Assembly: GCA_001771135.1 (NCBI GenBank)
Contig: MESW01000005.1
Span: 17,467 to 81,466 of the forward strand
DNA length: 64,000 bases
Direction of reading: 5' to 3'
Source of the DNA: a candidate division CPR3 bacterium GWF2_35_18
Lineage (GTDB): Bacteria; Patescibacteriota; CPR3; GWF2-35-18
Shown here: positions 61,090 to 64,000 of the stretch, piece after piece
Layout: each line of letters starts with the position of its first letter
Numbering within the stretch: position 1 is the first letter of the stretch
Program-made: the position numbers and the translations under genes
The notes under the pieces: generated by a model
The model's database searches: none
Seen by the model: only the letters and a program-made list of their open reading frames with translations
What the model was told of the DNA's origin: nothing

Positions 61090-61569
61090 TTACCACTTAA
61101 AAAACGCAAACGCTTTATTAGATTCTGCCATTTTATGCACGAGTTCTTTCTTTTTAATTGCTTCACCTTCATTTTTTGAAGCTGCAATAATTTCTACCGC
61201 TAATTTCTCGACCATTGTTTTGTACTCTTTGTTATCTTTTGATCTGGCAGCATCGACTATCCAACGAATAGAGAGAGAGTCACGACGATTTCCTTTAACT
61301 TCCATCGGAACCTGATAAGAAGCTCCCCCAACTCTTCGCGCTTTGACTTCAATTTTGGGATTTACATTTTTTAAAGCGTTATTAAAAACATCTAAAGGAT
61401 CTTTTTTCTCTTTCTCTTTAATAAAAGAGAAAGCATCATAGACGATTTTTTGCGCTACTGATTTTTTCCCAGACCACATAATTTTATTTATGAGTTTGGA
61501 AACCATTCGGCTTTTATAAACTAAATCTGGTTCGGTTAATTTTTTCTTGATTTTTCCTGATCTTGGCAT
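61090..61569 (-). CDS. rpsG: 30S ribosomal protein S7
   Basis: [31 protein letters not shown]. Confidence 0.98.
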   Translation of the reverse strand: MPRSGKIKKKLTEPDLVYKSRMVSKLINKIMWSGKKSVAQKIVYDAFSFIKEKEKKDPLDVFNNALKNVNPKIEVKARRVGGASYQVPMEVKGNRRDSLSIRWIVDAARSKDNKEYKTMVEKLAVEIIAASKNEGEAIKKKELVHKMAESNKAFAFFKW

Positions 61570-61594
61570 AATATTTAATATTAATTTTAGTTAT

Positions 61595-62020
61595 TTATTC
61601 GGCAGCTTTTACTACCTCTCTCTTTGCTCCATAGCGAGAACGACCTTTTTTCCTCTTTTTTACTCCTGAAGCGTCAAGTACTCCACGAACAATGTGGTAT
61701 TTTACTCCAGGAAGATCTCGTACTCTACCTCCACGAACAAGAACCACAGAATGTTCGGCAAGCTCATGTCCGATACCAGGAATATAAGCAGTTACTTCAA
61801 CCTGATTCGAAAGCTTTACTCTGGATACTTTTCGTAATGCTGAGTTTGGCTTTTTCGGAGTCATAATTTTAACCACTGTGCAAACACCTCTTTTAAAAGG
61901 ATTTGAGGCTGGTTTTACTCGTTTGCGCAAAGAATCATAATCTTTACGTAATGCGGTAGCTTTTACTTTTTTTATTGCTTTTTTACGACCTTTTCTAATT
62001 AGTTGTGATATCGTTGGCAT
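61595..62020 (-). CDS. rpsL: 30S ribosomal protein S12 (start MPTIS at 62020)
   Basis: [27 protein letters not shown]. Confidence 0.98.
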   Translation of the reverse strand: MPTISQLIRKGRKKAIKKVKATALRKDYDSLRKRVKPASNPFKRGVCTVVKIMTPKKPNSALRKVSRVKLSNQVEVTAYIPGIGHELAEHSVVLVRGGRVRDLPGVKYHIVRGVLDASGVKKRKKGRSRYGAKREVVKAAE

Positions 62021-62137
62021 AGTTACCTTTTTAAAATCTAATCTAAAAGTTGATTTTGTGTTTGGTGATTGTAACAAAGACATTCACCTATTGCAAGAAC
62101 CTTTACAATAAGACATTACACTATATGAATTTTGTCT

Positions 62138-64000
62138 TTAGTTCTCATTCAAAACTCTTTCACCGGTAGGAATCAATCTTCCGATGATAACATTCTCCTT
62201 AAGTCCTCGCAGATAATCAATCTTTCCTTTAGAAGCCGCGTCCGTTAGAACTTTTGTGGTTGTCTGGAAAGACGAAGCAGATAAGAATGATTCTGTATAT
62301 AATGCTGATCTGGTGATTCCCAAGATAAGCTGTTCCCCTTCAGCAATTTCACCTTTAAGGTCCTGAATCTTTTTATTCACTTCGTCTAAGGCAAATTGAG
62401 TAGTTACGTCTTGATAAATATAATCAGTATCTCCGACTTTGGTAATTCTTATCTTATCGAACATTTTTTTCACAATTACTTCAATATGCTTGTCGGCGAT
62501 CTTAATTCCTTGAGTTTGGTAAACAAGTTGAATTCCTTTAATTATATATTCGTACACCGCTTCAATTCCTCTAGTTGCCATAATATCTTGAAGATCAATA
62601 TGTCCTTCAGTAAGCTGTTGTCCTATTCTGACCTCATCGCCAGACTTTACCAAAATTTTACGATTAGCTTCAACAAGATATTCATCTTTAGCTTCAATCT
62701 CTTTAATCAATTTGATAGAATTTTTGGAAACTTCAACCACACCAATATATGGAGCTCTTACCGGTTTCTTTTTCCCATTTATAAAAATAGTCTCTGTTTC
62801 TGACATTAACTGACCATCTTTCACTTTGACTTCCTCATCTCCAATTAAATGGTATTCCTTTACGTCTTTTTTCTTACGTAGTAAAGTCAAAATTTTTTCC
62901 TCACCTTTTTCAATTAGAGTAACTCTACCATCTCCAAGAGCGATAGCGGCTTTATCTTTTGGTACTCGAGACTCAAAAAGCTCTTCAACTCTAGGTAATC
63001 CTTGAGTAATATCTGTCCCGGCAATTCCTCCCTTATGAAAAGTTCGAAGTGTCAGCTGTGTTCCTGGTTCTCCAATTGACTGAGCAGCAATGACTCCTAC
63101 AGTCGTCCCGATTTTCACATGGTTACCGGTTGCCAAATCTTTTCCGTAACACTTGCAACAAACACCCCAAGAAGTCTTACAATATAATACTGATCTCACT
63201 TTTAGTTTGCTAAATCCTAGTTTAAAGATTTCTAAAGCTTTCTTGATGGAAATTTCTTCATCTTTAGAACAGATAACATTTCCTTTTTTATCTTTAAGAT
63301 CCTCCACTAAAAATCTACCTTCTAAACGAGTCACAAAATCTTCCTCATTCGGTTCAAAGATTGTTAATCCTTCATCCGATCCACAATCTTCTTCTTTAGT
63401 AATAATATCGTGAGCAACATCAACTAGTCTACGAGTCAAATATCCTGCTTCAGCAGTCATCAAAGCTGTATCAATAAGACCTTTACGAGCGGCTCTATTT
63501 GAAATAAATCCGTCGAAAGTACTACAACCTTCAATAATATTTGTTTTAATAGGTGTCTCGATGATTCTCCCAAAGGAGTCTGTCATTACTCCACGCATTC
63601 CTGCAAGCTGTCGAACCGTATCTGGTGTCGCTCTAGAAGATTTTGAGGCGATTACCATATCCATCATTGAGTTTTTCTTAATCTCTTTCCAAGCTTTCTG
63701 GAAGACATCTTCCGTCACTTTTTCCCAAAGTTGAATAATTAGATTTCTTCTTTCTGCAGATGTCATTAATCCACGGCGGAAATCATTTTCAATTTCTTCT
63801 AATTCACCATCGGCTTTTTCAATCATTTGCTCACGTTCTTTTGGAGTTTGTAAATCAAAAATTGAGAAACTTGCTCCTGCAATTGTGGCATAATGACGTC
63901 CGAGATTTTTAATATCGTCGATAAATTTTACTGTTTCTTCTTTACCATGATTTAGAAAAGACTCAGAAAGTAAATCTTGTAAAACGCCTTTATCAACCGA
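62138..64000 (-). CDS. rpoC: RNA polymerase beta' subunit, C-terminal part (5' end outside the window)
   Basis: QLAGMRG, GYLTRRLVD, AAQSIGEPGTQLT, DITQGLPRVEELFE, LKENVIIG; frame open to 64000. Confidence 0.98.
   Translation of the reverse strand, partial: SVDKGVLQDLLSESFLNHGKEETVKFIDDIKNLGRHYATIAGASFSIFDLQTPKEREQMIEKADGELEEIENDFRRGLMTSAERRNLIIQLWEKVTEDVFQKAWKEIKKNSMMDMVIASKSSRATPDTVRQLAGMRGVMTDSFGRIIETPIKTNIIEGCSTFDGFISNRAARKGLIDTALMTAEAGYLTRRLVDVAHDIITKEEDCGSDEGLTIFEPNEEDFVTRLEGRFLVEDLKDKKGNVICSKDEEISIKKALEIFKLGFSKLKVRSVLYCKTSWGVCCKCYGKDLATGNHVKIGTTVGVIAAQSIGEPGTQLTLRTFHKGGIAGTDITQGLPRVEELFESRVPKDKAAIALGDGRVTLIEKGEEKILTLLRKKKDVKEYHLIGDEEVKVKDGQLMSETETIFINGKKKPVRAPYIGVVEVSKNSIKLIKEIEAKDEYLVEANRKILVKSGDEVRIGQQLTEGHIDLQDIMATRGIEAVYEYIIKGIQLVYQTQGIKIADKHIEVIVKKMFDKIRITKVGDTDYIYQDVTTQFALDEVNKKIQDLKGEIAEGEQLILGITRSALYTESFLSASSFQTTTKVLTDAASKGKIDYLRGLKENVIIGRLIPTGERVLNEN

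Noticed and set aside
40918-63413. Many plus-strand ORFs opposite ribosomal protein, tuf and rpoC genes
   Set aside because: Antisense shadows of conserved genes with no motifs
1-64000. Alternative genetic code (UGA as Gly, as in Gracilibacteria/Absconditabacteria)
   Set aside because: Conserved genes translate full length under code 11, and TGA is used as a stop (secY, rpsQ, hsdM)

Overview
AT-rich chromosome segment of a Patescibacteria (CPR) bacterium, probably Microgenomates-like. The assignment is inferred from rpmD/L30 missing between rpsE and rplO and from CPR-type orphan genes. Nearly all genes are on the minus strand. The right 24 kb is the core transcription/translation super-cluster: partial rpoC, str operon interrupted by a PHP-domain gene, S10, spc and alpha operons, rplM-rpsI, then tRNA-Pro(GGG). 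Downstream of the tRNA lies a ~17 kb accessory region with a Type I restriction-modification locus (hsdM, a membrane-anchored HerA/DUF87 ATPase, hsdS, Fic, hsdR, and a receiver domain with Asp replaced by Cys) and mixed small genes. The left part holds recA-recX-rny-ymdB-hup, dgkA, miaB, miaA, a 1281-aa LCP-domain protein, a compact RNase P RNA, comM, a wHTH-HEPN-MNT module and an asparaginase homologue that has lost its catalytic residues. At the left edge is an uncalled 35-aa peptide gene, followed by a hairpin and a radical SAM enzyme (candidate RiPP cluster). Top leads: (1) the candidate RiPP system, (2) the transmembrane HerA ATPase translationally coupled inside the RM operon, (3) an attenuator-like RNA switch upstream of PHP-fusA, (4) short palindromic repeat families, one inserted in-frame in hsdR. 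All calls come from motif recognition by eye; no database searches or folding computations were run.
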